DNA of 63,469 bases, filler included, from Conidiobolus incongruus B7586 (Eukaryota): NCBI GenBank assembly GCA_000697335.1. It is 18 parts of 18 records of this genome, joined end to end, with 100 filler letters (N's around TTAATTAATTAA, not from the genome) between each part and the next. Parts side by side here need not be neighbours in the genome. Positions count along the whole stretch, not along the records: positions 34,491 to 39,887 come from JNEM01005839.1; positions 39,988 to 43,498 come from JNEM01005842.1; positions 43,599 to 47,163 come from JNEM01005843.1; positions 47,264 to 48,912 come from JNEM01005844.1; positions 49,013 to 51,482 come from JNEM01005845.1; positions 51,583 to 58,890 come from JNEM01005846.1; 12 more parts are not named here. The stretch is one strand, 5' to 3'. This document shows positions 37,501 to 51,843 of the stretch, one piece after another; positions within the stretch are counted from its first letter, which is position 1; each line of letters starts with the position of its first letter. A program made the translations under genes and the position numbers. Under the pieces are notes generated by a model. That model saw nothing but the letters and a program-made list of their open reading frames with translations. It made no database searches and was not told where the DNA came from.

Positions 37501-39887
37501 ATAGTTTTATAATATCTTTAACTATAGAAGTTTTAAAACCAAGAATAAAATTAACATTTTTAAAGAATAAATTAATTATAATTAATAAGTTATTATAACT
37601 AGTTTTTGATTTAAGGATTTCTATAAAATTAAGTTAGATTAATTATTAGGTTGTATTAAAAACTTATAAGGGAATAAATTTTTTATATTTTAATTAGGTA
37701 TTATATTTAATTCTTTAGTATTTATCACAGGTATTATTGTATTTTTAAATTAATTTAATTAAAAAAAGTTAATAATATTTTATTTTAGTTCTGTTAACAG
37801 TTTTTAACTAGTTTTGATATTTTCTAACAAATAAGATATAACACTTATTAAATATTGCTTATTAAATTTTAAGAATATTAAAGCTATATAAACAATTATT
37901 ATAGTATAGTAAATTATTAATGATTTTAAAACTTTTATCATATTTTAATTAGTTTTCTAATAATTTAAAGTTTTCTTCTTTAATTGAAATAAAGAAATTA
38001 TTATTTAACAGTGTTTTATAAAGTAATTTAATAAATTTTTTATTTCCTTCATTAATAATGAATATGTTAATATCTGTTGGGTTTTTATAATTAGAATAAA
38101 ATAATAAGTATGTAAGATTTTTTAACAAAGTATCTATAATATAATTTTATCAACTTAAAAGATATTAGATAAAAAAAATAAGCTTAGATAATTTTAATTT
38201 ATCTAGTTTATTATTTTAATAAATACTTTTGAGTATTTAAGTACATAAGAAATTTATAATCTATAATTGCTAAAAAGAATTTTCAAATAAAAAATATCAA
38301 TGATTTTTAATTATTTCTACTAAAGTAAAAAGTTTTTATTTATAAATTAGGTATTTTAATTCAGCTAGCTTTATTTTTCTTAATTAGAATAATTTAGGCT
38401 TTAAAATAATATTTATAAAGTTAAACTTAATTTATTCTTCCCTATTTATTATTTTATTTATAGTTACAGGGTAAAATATAAATTAAATTTAAATTAAACT
38501 AATTATCTACTAATTACAAAAGAATTAAAGCTAGTAAAAATAATAGTAGATAGTTTAAAATCAAATATAAATAATATAAAAATATTAATAATATAGAAAA
38601 TTAAACTATTTATGTAAAAAGTATATAGTAGGGTTTATTTAAAAAAATCTTTTCTTAAGAGATTAGTTTAAAGAATTATAAATCCAACAAAAAAATTAAT
38701 GAAATATTTAAAGTAATTTAATAATTCATATATAAACATAAGTTGATTTTTATTTATAAGTATAGTAAAAGCTTTTATATCATTAAGTTTAATTAGATTA
38801 ATGTTAATTCTTTAAGAAGAAACAATATAACTATAGAAAAAGATAGAAGAAACACTAAAAATATATTTTGAAACTTATAAAAGTAATTTATTTTCTTAAA
38901 TTATTTATATGATTTAATTTACATATTAAATATATTCTTCTTTAGTTTTTAAATAAAGTAAAAAATAATAAAGCTATTAAAAATTAAGTTAAAAAGGGAA
39001 TTGATAAATTAAGTAAAAGTTACAAGGGTATTATATAAACTAAAGTTTATAATAGTAAATTTATAGTAATTTAGTAAAATATTAAAATTATTTAAGGGAA
39101 TAGAATTTTTTTCAACTTTAATATTATAATAATATTTCTATCATCTAATTTAGTGAATATAGTAGATTTAAGTAGTTTATCTTTAATATTAAATAGGTTT
39201 AATAATAAAGTTTTATCCTTGATAGTTTTAGAGATTAAAATATAATTATCAATATATAATCTTTAACCACCATTAGTTTTTTATATAAAAAAGATAAAAG
39301 ATTTTTATAGTAAGGAAAAAAGTTTAATATATTTACTTTCAAGTAATTTTTTAATCTCTACTTTTAAAATTTAATATTATTTAAGAGATAAATGATAAAT
39401 AAACTTTAAGTATAGTTATATATCTAAGAGAAATTTAATTTTATGCTTAATATTATATTTAAGAGGTAATTTGCCTATAGGTTTAAAAATATTAGTAAAT
39501 TAATTTACTATATTATATAAAAAGTTGTTATTAGTTATAATCTTAATAATATTAATAAATAAAATATTAATAGATAAAAAATAAATAAATATATATCCCT
39601 TTAAATTAATAAAGTTTTTAATTAGTTTTTTATATTAATTTTTATTCATAATAATCAGATTATTTGATATAGTTATAGAGTTGGTATTAGGTAAAGTAAT
39701 TAGTAATCTTATAATAAAGTAATATAAATATTTTAAAATTAATTCTATTAATTTCTTTTAAAATATAAATAAAATAAATTTGTAACTTTTTAGAATAATA
39801 TTTATAAATAAAAAATTATAATATTTAAATTAATTTTAACTTAGTATAAAATTATAACTAATGTTACCAACTAAAAATTTATTATAT
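34572..39887 (-). mobile_element. Degenerate Ty3/gypsy (chromovirus) LTR retrotransposon: pol (RT-RNaseH-IN-chromodomain) plus 3' LTR (about 34572-36542, split by a Tc1)
   Basis: Minus-strand relics after reverting transitions: RT PIFFVQKTDGGWRLCVD..KTIKDKTPLP..IFTKLD (about 39140-39300) and YEFTVMNFGLCNAPATF (about 39015-39065); IN SDRDVQFNSQFW..ST..H.QTDGLVERTI (about 37310-37460); LKLPPTLKTNPTF; chromodomain YVKW.G.PIEEATWEPLENI (about 36615-36680). PPT-like purine tract next to the LTR at 36543. Confidence 0.9.
34869..36439 (+). mobile_element. Complete 1571-bp Tc1 (DD34E) transposon with IR-DR ends, inserted at TA in the gypsy LTR; transposase pseudogene 35193-36209 (339 codons)
   Basis: TIRs TATTAACCTATAAAAGTAAGTTATAAAATCAAAAA / TTTTTGATTTTATAACTTACTTTTATAGATTAATA. 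The TA duplication is confirmed by the empty site TATTTATATAATTAATTT in the LTR copy near 61190. Relic motifs VIWSDE, GGGS..IWGC, FQQDNAPCH and WP.QSPDLNPIEHLW. Confidence 0.95.
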
Positions 39888-39987
39888 NNNNNNNNNNNNN
39901 NNNNNNNNNNNNNNNNNNNNNNNNNNNNNNNTTAATTAATTAANNNNNNNNNNNNNNNNNNNNNNNNNNNNNNNNNNNNNNNNNNNN

Positions 39988-40139
39988 TAATAAAAAAATA
40001 ATTATAATTGAATATATATATATAGTCTGAAATTATTTATTTACCTATATATTTTATATATAAATAATTTTTCAAAACTTATAATATGTTTAAAAGATCA
40101 AAAATTAAAATATTTGCCATTTTTTAATTTCTATACTAA
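39988..40139 (-). mobile_element. Diverged mariner 5' terminal fragment
   Basis: The reverse complement resembles 31751-31900 (ATAATATGTTTAAAAGATCAAAAATTAAAATATTTGCCATT). Confidence 0.65.
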
Positions 40140-41473
40140 TAATAATCAATTTAAATTATATTTTATTAAACTATATGTCTTTTAATCTATATGATCTTTT
40201 ATTGTAATAAATGCAATTATTCACTAAATAAATATGAAGATATTTCTACTTTCAAAATATCATCTGATTTTTAAAATGTATTGAATATTAGTAATATCAA
40301 TTAGTTAAAAAATATTTATTTGGTATGTAGCAAAGTAATAAGGTAATTAAATAATTGAAAATATTGCAATAATAATTGATTTATTTATAATTCAGAAGAG
40401 ATCATATTCGTATCAAATTCATATTAATCATATTTTTCGAAAATATATTGATTATTCATAACACTTAAATATATATTGGTCACTAGATATAAATGAGCTA
40501 GTTCTATAAATTCTAACAAATACATGAAAAATTTTGTATTACATTACTTATACCACCAAAAGGACAATTCAATTTAGATTTACTTATTTAGCATAACTAA
40601 AACAAAATATTAAATAAATTTCAAATTTTATAAACTTAATATAACATATATTGGATGAATCATGATAATTATTCAATTGAATATTGTTGCTATTATGAAT
40701 GTTATTAACATTAGAACCAACATTCGGTTACTTTTAAGCACAATCTTCAAACGGTTAAATACATTTAAAACAGCCATATTGTTAATAAATATCAGAATTT
40801 AATTCTTTAGTGAGAATAACATAATTGATTGTTTAAGAACAATTATAAAATTATGAATTATTTTAAATTATTTTTCAAACAAATGCAATAATCAACTTAC
40901 CTAAAAATGATTCCCAAAAGGATAAATATTGTCCATTCATTGCCTTACTGGAAAAGCAAAATTAGCTATTAATGGAATTAACCATATCAAAAGAGAATAT
41001 TTATAGGTTTCAATTATATTTTCATAAATAAATTAGGATCTTATAATTTGTTCTGTACTCTAAATAATTTAACCCATCAATTTTCAACAAATATACAATA
41101 AGATATTTAATTTATTTCCTAATCGACGTCATTTTGATTCAATTTATACTATTTCAAAGTATTTGATTAAAAAAATATATTTATAAAATATTTGATCGTA
41201 TATTTCTGCTATTATAACTCATCGTCATTTTATTTTAATATTTCAATATAATAACATAAGATAATTATAATGAAATATATGGTTTTTATATAGTTAACCA
41301 AAATAGAATAAATAAAAATGTTAATTAAAAAAAGTTATATTATGAACAAAAGCAAGATTAAAATTCTAAAATATAAATATAATTTACCCATATTATAATT
41401 CTCATACTGAAATATATAAAAGATCTTATAACCTTCCATATTCAATCTAATTTAACATTGATTAATTGATAAA

Positions 41474-42554
41474 ATGAAAGAGATTGAATATTTATATAGC
41501 AAATATTATCATTTGACAACGAATATTTGTGCTCCTATTGGGTTAACTTGTGCTGTGATTGCTTTGATCGGTTTAGTCTCCATTTTTACAAGTGATAAAA
41601 ATAATTTAAATCATTTACCACTCAGATCAATATGGCTCATAACTATATCTGATATTATCAACCATTCTACTTCGCTAGCTATTAGTAACATAAAGGTCAA
41701 CGAATCAACATGTAAATATTTGATTATTACAACCCAATTCTCATATAGTTTATACACATTAACCAACTTGTTAATCGCATATATATTGCATATGAATTTT
41801 TTAAGTAAACAACCTCTCAGAATGATAACTGAAATAAGATTATACGTATGTATAATTGCGATTTCAGTAATTTTATCGGTTCTACTAAGTCAATTTAACG
41901 TTATCGGCTACCTATGTGAAGGAAATTGTATACTAATAGATCTAAAATCCAAAAGCCATTTATTAATAATGTTTTTAAGCTTTCATTCCATTCAAATTTT
42001 AACTATACTATACAGCTTATTAGTCATTATTATTGTAAAATTCCAATTATTTAGCCAATTTAACGGATTAATGACAAATATGAATCAAAATACATCCCAT
42101 GACAAACATTTGAGTCAAAAAGTTAAGAGAACACTCCACTCCAGCCTACTATTCCCCTTGGGAGCTATTTTTTCAATACCTCCAGTCATTGTGGTAACTG
42201 CATATTCGTATTTTACCACTGCGAGGACACCATATCAACTCATTATTTGGAAACATGCACTCCAGGGGTTATGTGGTGTATTCACTCTTCTCGCTTTGGT
42301 TTTGGATCCTAATGCTAGACAAATTTTGAAAAGTTGGGCTCATTCAATATCCTTTAAATATTTAGGTAAACTTTTATAATAATACTATTTAATTATATAT
42401 AAGTTTTTAATAATAATATACTTTAGGAATTAAATCAACTACTTCTAGCAACTTCGATGCCCAAAATGATCACTATACTATTAACGCACGAGGTGTTGAC
42501 TTATTGTGTAGCCCTAATCAACTATCATCAAACCCTGTCTCATCACATTCCTAA
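41474..42554 (+). CDS. Seven-transmembrane GPCR-like protein, about 339 aa; exons 41474-42365 and 42427-42554
   Basis: Seven hydrophobic segments, Cys at the top of TM3 (ESTCKY) and in ECL2 (LCEGNC), TM2 ISDII and TM7 LQGLCGVFTLLALVLDP. A predicted 61-nt GTAAAC..CTTTAG intron adds an in-frame Ser/Thr-rich tail. The unspliced ORF ends at 42379. Confidence 0.8.
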
Positions 42555-43372
42555 AGATTTCCACATTTTATAACCGGCAATTATTTCTAACTATAATATT
42601 GAATGAGAAATATCTAAGAAATCCTACAACTACAAACTCGTAGTAAGATGAACGAATGACTGACTCTCTGTTCATTAAGTGGTCATCTCAAAGTTTGATA
42701 AAGCATTTTCAATTGATATATTCCATTATTTCCAACTAAAGAAATTTTTATAATCAAGTATTTTTTTGAATAAAAGTAATGTAACAATCCCTCATTGGAC
42801 AATAATTGAATATTTTCTCCTAATAAATTGAGATTAAATAACAGATAAATTCGTTAATTATTATTAATCTTAATTTTGTTAATGAATTGGATTATTAGTT
42901 TTAATATTAAAATAGTAGTAATAAAACTAGAGAAGGATATTATAATTGTTATTGATGAAAAACTTCTTTTTTGAACTTAGTAAACTTAAATTTTATATAT
43001 ATTATAAAATATAATTATAGAATTTTAAGTATATTTACTTCAGTTTATATTATAATTATAAACCTTTTTTTATAGTAAATAAAATATAAGATTAAATAGA
43101 TCAAATATTTTTTCAACTCAATTCATTATTAAAAAAATTATCAAATGATACATTAGAGTGGATAGGATGCAAATAATTATTATTTTTAATGGTGTGACTA
43201 GACTTATGGTATAATGGATAAGTGAATTACAAGGTGCAAGTACTATAAAATAGTAACAGTGAATGTTATAGATCAGATATATTTAGATAAATCATATATT
43301 TGCAAACAATCATCTTCATTGTACCAAATTGATTACAATATCAAAATATTTTTGAAATACATTTAAAAAAAA

Positions 43373-43377
<5 letters not shown>

Positions 43378-43407
<30 letters not shown>
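43378..43407. repeat. (TA)n microsatellite
   Basis: About 15 TA units. The flank TATAGGAAAATAAATATTTTC resembles the mariner leader. Confidence 0.8.
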
Positions 43408-43414
<7 letters not shown>

Positions 43415-46400
43415 GGAAAATAAATATTTTCAAACTATATATATATATTCAATTTTAATTCTTTTTTTTATTAAAATATTTTGATTTTAAAATTTATANN
43501 NNNNNNNNNNNNNNNNNNNNNNNNNNNNNNNNNNNNNNNNNNTTAATTAATTAANNNNNNNNNNNNNNNNNNNNNNNNNNNNNNNNNNNNNNNNNNNNAA
43601 TTTCATTAAAAATATATTATATAATTATCCGAAAAAATTTTATTTTATAAAAGACATAATTATTAAATTTAATGATTATAATAACTTTTTCCATCTATTG
43701 CTATATACAAAATCTCTGATGTTTTCAAATTTATATATTTTATTACTTTTATATATAATATTATAAATTATTGATTTATATTGTAACATATTAAAAATTT
43801 ATATTCAAGGTAGAAAAAATAATATTTATTAACTGGGTTAAAGAGTTATAATAAATTATTAGATTTTTAATTTTTATAAAAAAATAATAATAAAATTAAA
43901 AATTATATTATATATCTTAATAATTAATTTCAACTAAATAATATATCATATTCTATTCTTTAATTAAAACAAAAATTATATAATATAATTACTTTAATTC
44001 TTTAAGTTTTTATAAAAATATAATATTAATATATACTATTTTTGTAATTTAAATTATATTTTAATTCTCAATTATATATTATATTGTTGAATTAATTGAA
44101 TTAATAATTTAAATATATTTTAATTAAAATGAACAGATATTTTGTCATATAAATTTTATATCTAATATATATATATATAGAAAGATAATGATAAAAGTTT
44201 TGTTATATAAATCGGTATTTAAATAGTTTTGATTTAGCTTTAAAATAGACAAATCTATTGATAAATAATGTTTATTATTAAATAATATCTTTATACACAG
44301 TATTTAAACTTATCGATCATTCAATTATTCTTGATTAAATTTTTATCATATTGTAATAATTGTAAATAATTTTTAATTTATTCAATTATAATAAAATAAA
44401 AATTATATGATTAAATAGGAGAGTTATTATCCAAAAATAGTTATAATTGAATATATAAAAATATATATTATGGTATTATTAATACTTTTATTAATTTTAT
44501 GTAATATGTAATTTTTCAAATTCTTAAGAATATTTAATTAATTAGAATTATAGAACATTATATTCAAATTTTTAAGTAATATATTAAAAATTAACAATAA
44601 TATTTTTCAAAAATCAATATTAAAGTATTTGTCAAGTTTAACAGCTAAATCAAATATAAAAATCAGGCTAATATATCTCTTTTTTAAAATATATTGAGAA
44701 CTAAAACTAGAGGAAAATAGAATGATTTATCCATTTTAATCACAAAAAATGAAATAATAACTTGGTCCTACTTTTAAATTGATCATAAGGAAAGTAATCA
44801 ATTAGTTTCAATGGAATCAACACCATTCAAAAGAAGGAGACCCCGAAAATATATAATGAGAATCTGTGATCACTTGAACTAGCCATTGATAAGTTTTTAT
44901 CTTTAATTACATATATGTACTTTATAACTCTAAGTTGATTGAAATATAATTTTGTTTTCATTTAATTTGAATTTGGAAATTTAAATTTTCAAATACAATA
45001 ATCTTTTAGATTATGAATATAAATAAGGTTTTAAATAATCATAATAGCATATATGATAGTATCAAGCTATTTATAATTAATTAGATCAAATCAACTGAAT
45101 ATATTAAATATCTTAGATGTAGCATATATATAATATTCATCAACCATTAATGAATAATTTTATTTTGTTAATTAATTCGGACAAATAAATTGATAATTAT
45201 TTTAGTGTAAGATAATTAATCCTATTATAAAGCTTTTAGATTTAATTAATCAATATATACAAAATGAATTTATTAGATATTAACATCAACATAAAACAAA
45301 AAGGCCTTTAGCAAATACTTTGATTTGTATATTGATTTGTTTTAGAAATGGAAAATTTTATTTAAAAGAAAAATTTTAAATTTTGATAATAATGATAAAT
45401 AAAATTTACCCCAAAATTGATAAAATAATTTGAATTAAAATTGTATTAAGAATATTTTTATATTAACTCCAATTTAATATTAGTTTTAGATTTTATATGA
45501 CTTATTATAATAACTAAATAATTATTATCTTCATTGTAAGTTATTACTATTTAAAGGCTATATTTGAGTTGATCATGGCTATTTGAATGATAGGTCTACT
45601 AATATTGAGTTAAGGGTGGAAAATATTTATATATAGGATTCTTAGTTAAATATTTGATTTAATAATACATTTATATTTAATTAATTTTTGAATATATATA
45701 TATATATATATGATTTAATGATATAAATAGATTGTATCATTATATTCTATTGAAAATGTTTGACAAAAATTATATTTTGGATTAAATATATTATTATAGT
45801 TTCGTTTATTTAAAATAATTAATCTGTTTAATTTCAGTAGTTATTTAATTACTTTAAATAAACCTTGTTAAGTAATTAAACAGCCTTATTCAATTTTATA
45901 AAAATATCGTTGAAATTTGAATTTATTATAAATATAGAAGCCCTTTAGTAACAAAAACTCCTTGAAACTACAAGGGCTCATATATGGTGATTATGGTGAT
46001 TAAGTAAATAGAGTCTACTGTTATTTTCATAGAACCTTTGAAAACACTTACTTTATAGGGTTTGTTATTATGATAAATTATTACAGGCCTTTAAAAGTGA
46101 CACAATCAACATTATATTATAATTTATTTTATATATACAAATTATATCTTATAATCAACGATGACTTATTTAAATATTCATTTAATGTAAACACCTTTGA
46201 TTATTTAATTATAAAAGAATTGGGTGTGGAAATTTATTATTGCTTATAATTTTAATATATTGTAAGCTAGAAGTATATATAATAGATACCAGCATACATT
46301 AATTTTAATTATTTGTTTTAATAGCCTAAATTCGATAGATATTAAATAAAGCGTCAATATATATTATATAATTTTTATTATTTTTAAAAATATAATTGAT

Positions 46401-46501
46401 AATTATATTTTTTACAAATTTTAGTTTTATAACTTAACAAAATTAAAAATAAAATTAAATTATTGTAAAATTTAAAAATCAAAACTATATAGCTGTTTAT
46501 A

Positions 46502-47163
46502 CACTATGTTATAATAATAAGTTATAAAATTAAAAACACCTAAATTTTTACTAATAACTTAATTAATATTGAATAAAATAAACTTAAATTAAATAATTCA
46601 AATTTTTTATATTTATTAATAATATAAATCATTAAATAGTGATATTTAATTATTAATTGGTTAAAATATCAACCTTTAAATTTTACCTAAGATAAATTAT
46701 AAATTTGTAGGTTTTTAGTGATGAAAAAAAAAATAAAACTTAATATATTTATGTTTAACTTTTTCAACTTCTTTAAGTTTATAAGGTATAAAATCAATTA
46801 ACTCTTTATATTAAAAAAAGTTAATTTTATTTTATACTTATTAAATATATTTTTAAAGTTGATTTAAATTTTTTATTAAAAGGGAAAGCTTTAATAATTT
46901 TTTTAACTAATTTTAAAGGTGTTTGATTAAGTCAAGGTTAAAAAATTAAAAAAGCTAGTTTATAACTATTATCTTGTTATTTTTAATTTATTTAATAATA
47001 AAAGCTATAATATAATAAAAGGTATTATCTTATTAAAAAATAATATTAAATTTATTTAATTAATATTATTTAAAATTTTTTTTAATTTATTATTTAAAAT
47101 ATTTTAATATATTTTAATATTAATTCCCTTATTAATTTTATAAAAATATTTTATAATTAAAGA
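46502..47163 (-). mobile_element. Degenerate Tc1 (DD34E), right end plus 3' part of transposase
   Basis: Begins TA|CACT. Colinear with 28409-29070. Confidence 0.88.
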
Positions 47164-47271
47164 NNNNNNNNNNNNNNNNNNNNNNNNNNNNNNNNNNNNN
47201 NNNNNNNTTAATTAATTAANNNNNNNNNNNNNNNNNNNNNNNNNNNNNNNNNNNNNNNNNNNNATATAATA

Positions 47272-48582
47272 TTATCTTAAATATAAAATAATGGGAAATT
47301 TTTTAATTTCTGATTTTTCAAACATATTATTAATTTAAAATAAATAAATATATACAATGTTAATAGGAAATTATATATTTTTAAAATATATATATATATA
47401 TTAATTTTTTTGATTAAAAAATTAACTTTTTAAAATTAGTTATTTAATTCAATTATACTTAAACAAAATAATAGTCATCAAAAGTTTTTGATTTTAGTAT
47501 TTGTAAAACTTAACAATAAACCCTCTAAAATTATTTAAAATTTATAAGCAGCTTTTGATAATGAAGTATTAATTAAATTAACAATTTATTACTAGGTAAA
47601 TTACTTTAAGGTTAAAAAAGAAACTATCTAAAACTTGTTAAAATCTAGAATACTAACTTTAATTGTTATTTTTTCAATTATTAATAGAGTGAAAAATTAT
47701 ATTAAAAAGTATCATTTTATTTCAGCTAAAAAACTATCTAAGTATTTTAATATTAGTTTTATAAGTATTTTATAAATATTAAGGTTTAAACTCAAATTAA
47801 TAAATAAAAATATAAAATAGATACCTTATAATTTAACTAAAGCTTAAAAAAAACTAAAGTAGTTATTACTAAACAAAACTTATTAAAATATTACTAGAAG
47901 CTTAAACTTTTACAACAAATAATTATAATTGATGAATCTTAAATCTTTATGTATAATTCTTTATTAAAACACAAATTAAAATGCTAGATTAAGCTAAATC
48001 AACCTTTTCTACAAATACCATTAAATAAATATTTTGTTAATAAGTAAATGTTAATTATTATAATATATTATAATGATATATGCTACTTTTATTTAATTCC
48101 TAAAGGAAAATTAATTAATAGTAAACTTTATAATTCTTTTTTGAATAAAAATATTTTTAATTGGTATTCTTAATATAATTTAAGAAGACTTATTTTTTTG
48201 CATGATAATTGCAAAATACATAAATCTAAAGCTATAAAAAATTTTCTAATTAAAAATAATTGGATAAAACTACTACATCTAGTATACTCTTTAAATTAAA
48301 ACTTATGTGATTATAATTGCTTAAGATAATTAAAAAACCAGTTTACAAGAAAGAAAATTTCTGTAAGAAAATTTAATTGGTTTGTAAAATATCAAATTTC
48401 AGTTTTTAATAAAAAGAATTATTTTTTAAGTATTAGATCTTTATTAAAAGTATAGCAAAAAGTTATTAATAATAAAAGAAACTATTAAATTTATTTTATA
48501 TATTTATTTTTATATATTATATATTAAAATATTTATTTATTTTGAATTATAAAAAAATCCCATTTTTAAAAATATAGAGTAA
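47272..48582 (+). mobile_element. Full-length degenerate mariner (DD34D)
   Basis: Both TIRs are flanked by TA. Retains ATTGATGAATCT (IDES), TTGCATGATAATTGC (LHDNC) and AACTTATGTGATTAT (NLCDY, third Asp intact). Confidence 0.92.
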
Positions 48583-48678
48583 TATTAATAATATCAAGGT
48601 TATAGGTTTGTTCCTTATTGGGAATATATTTTTTTTCAAATTTTAAATTTTTTCAAAAAATTCATATTTATTAATTTA

Positions 48679-48912
48679 TTACCTTATATTAAAAATAATA
48701 GAGTATTTTTTAATTTCTGATTTTTTAAATATATTATTAGTTCTGAATAAACAAATATATTTAAAATATATAAGAAATTATATAGTTTTAAATTATAAAT
48801 ATATATATAATTATTTAATTAAGAAATTAGCTTTTTAAAATTAATTGTTTAATTTAATTATATTTAAACTAAATAATAATTATAAAAATTCTTTTATTTT
48901 ATTATTAACAAA
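48679..48912 (+). mobile_element. Mariner 5' end, cut by gap
   Basis: TA|TTACCTTATATTAAAAATAATAGAGTATTTTTTAATTTCTGATTTT, colinear with 20095-20330. Confidence 0.8.
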
Positions 48913-49012
48913 NNNNNNNNNNNNNNNNNNNNNNNNNNNNNNNNNNNNNNNNNNNNTTAATTAATTAANNNNNNNNNNNNNNNNNNNNNNNNNNNNNNNN
49001 NNNNNNNNNNNN

Positions 49013-49015
49013 TAT

Positions 49016-49056
<41 letters not shown>

Positions 49057-49140
49057 TTCATTCTCAAATATATTCTATAAATATTATATTTTTCAAAATA
49101 ACAATATAGTTCAAAAATCAGAATTAAAATAATTCTCTTT
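49013..49140 (-). mobile_element. Diverged mariner 5' fragment with long (TA)n
   Basis: TTCAAAAATCAGAATTAAAATAATTCTC resembles the reverse complement of the left TIR region. Confidence 0.5.
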
Positions 49141-49959
49141 TTTGCAAAGCGAAAAAATTTAGAGAAATAACAGTTATTTTACATCTATTATTAATTGATA
49201 ATCAAAATATTATTTTATGTATTATAATAATGAAAATATATTTAAACTTCATAATTATTTAAAGGATAAAATATGAATTATTCTATATATATTTACCTTT
49301 ATGATCCTAAGTATTGTGGGATAAGAGAATGAAGAACTTGATATTAATATGAAAGATGTTTTGTTTATTTGGGTCTATATTATTCTATTATATACAATGG
49401 TTATGGAATTTATACCTTTAATTATATAGGCTTTTACATGTTATATCATTGTAAACTCACGTATGGATAAATATAATTGAATGGTTATAAAAGTATATGT
49501 AATGGTTTGATAAAACCGATGGTAGATCATATTTGTAATGATATTTTTTAATTTGATAAAATTTTCATTTTATATCATTTTAATTTGAAAACTTGATTTA
49601 TTTCTTTTAAGTTGATATTTTATTATTAATTCATGGTTTTATTATTAAATTCTTTATATTTAAGATCAATTGAAAATATATTAAATAATTTTTTAATTAA
49701 TTATTTAATATAAAATTATTTTATTTAATTAAAATGTTTTAATTTTATATTTAAACTATTTATAACTTTATATATTGAATTAATTATATTGATGATAATT
49801 TATATTCTAATTATTTTTCATTAAGTATATATTCAATAATAATGATAAAAATCCATATTTACCAATATAAAATTATCTTCATATATTTATTATATTTCAA
49901 TATAACTAAATATATATTTTTATCTATATTTTATTAATTCTTATTTTATATTTAATATA

Positions 49960-51482
49960 TATTACCTATAAAAATAAGTCATAAAATCAAAAACACTTAT
50001 ATTTTTACTAATAACCTAACTAATATTTAATGAAATAAAACTAAATTAAATAATTAAAATCTATTATATTTATTAATAATATATATCATTAAATGATGAT
50101 ATTTAGTTATTAATTAGCTAAAATATAAACTTTTAAATTTTACCTAAGATGAGTTATAAATTTATAAGTTTTTAGTGATAAAAAAAATTAAAACTTAATA
50201 TATTTACCTTTAACTTTTTTAACTTCTTTAAGTTTGTGGGGAATAAAGTCAACTAACTTTTTATATTAAGAAGGGTTAGTTTTATTTTATATTTTTTAAA
50301 TATATTTTTAGAGCTAATCTAAATCTTTTGTTAAAAGGAAAGCTTTAATAGCTTTTTTTAACTAATCCTAAAGATGTTTAATTTAATTAAAATTAAGAAA
50401 TTAAAGAAGCTATATTATAACTATTATCTTATTATTTTTAAGCTATTTGGTAATAAAAGTTATAATATAATATAAGGTATTATCTTATTAGAAAATAATA
50501 TTAAATTTATTTAACTTATATAATTTAATAATTTTTTTTCATTTATTATTTAAAATAATTTAGTATATCTCAATATTAATTCCCATATTAATTTTATAAA
50601 AATACCCTATATTTAAAGACAATATATATTTTTAAATAATAATTAACCTATTATTGTATTTTTAAGTAAAATTAATATAATGGTTAAAAAGTAATTCTAT
50701 ATTGTTTTTAAAATATCTAGCTTTTTTATTAAATTTACTAAGATATATTTTTATTTCATCAAATTAAATAACCTTACTCTAATTAGTTTTGGTTTAATAT
50801 TAATAATGATATTTAAATTCCCACTTAATTTTATAATGGGATTTCTTTAATTGGGGGTGTTTTTTCTTAAGATATAAATGGTATCTATATTAATATAAAA
50901 TATATATAGTAATATTAATATTAACTAATACTTTTATATAATTTTATAATTCCTGTTATATTTCTACAATAGAACTATATTTGCTTATATTAACTAACTT
51001 ATAAATATACTTCTTATTATATATATTTATAATCTTAATACACTTAAGTTTAAGTTTAAATATGTTTTTATTACTATTCTTAACAGCTTTAACTATAGTA
51101 TACTAGCTAACACTAGTAATTCTAATAATATCAAAAGTTAATTTACCTTCTTTATAAAGTTAATTAATATATAAATAAATTTTTTTAAAGTGGGATTTAA
51201 GTATAATAATACAAATAAGTAAAATTTAATATATCTATAAAATATTATATAAAATAATAGAAAAGAAAGAAAAAAAATATAGTTATATATTATTAAATAT
51301 ATCCCTTTATCTCAAAAACCCATAAATTTATAACTCATCTTAGTTAAATATTAAAGGTTAATATTTTTACTAATAGTTTATTAAATATATCTAAATATAT
51401 TTATTTATTATCAAATAATATATCTTAATTATAAATTACAATTTTAGGTAATTTAATATATATAATTATTTTAGTTATAATT
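49960..51482 (-). mobile_element. Near full-length degenerate Tc1 (DD34E)
   Basis: Reverse-complement colinear with about 34920-36439. Confidence 0.9.
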
Positions 51483-51582
51483 NNNNNNNNNNNNNNNNNN
51501 NNNNNNNNNNNNNNNNNNNNNNNNNNTTAATTAATTAANNNNNNNNNNNNNNNNNNNNNNNNNNNNNNNNNNNNNNNNNNNN

Positions 51583-51843
51583 ATTATAATATTAATTTTA
51601 AAATATTAGCTTAATAATTTTATAATATATATAATACAACAAAAGAAAAAGAAGATATATATAAGTTTTGTTATCTATACCCTTTTAACTTATAAACCTA
51701 CAAATTTATAACTCACTTTAGTTAAATTTTAAGTTTTAATATATTAACCAATAGCTAATATAATATAATCAAATATAGTTAGTTATAATTAATTAATATA
51801 GGTAAATTATATATTTTAATTTAAATTTAATTAATTAAAAATA
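51583..51843 (-). mobile_element. Tc1 left-end/leader fragment (62-kb subfamily)
   Basis: Reverse complement of about 62062-62265, including the inner DR AAACCTACAAATTTATAACTCAC. Confidence 0.8.

Noticed and set aside
44780..44882. Short frame with KRRRPRK, one G>A away from an AT-hook (KRGRPRK)
   Set aside because: Too short, with no supporting gene structure. Could be chance.
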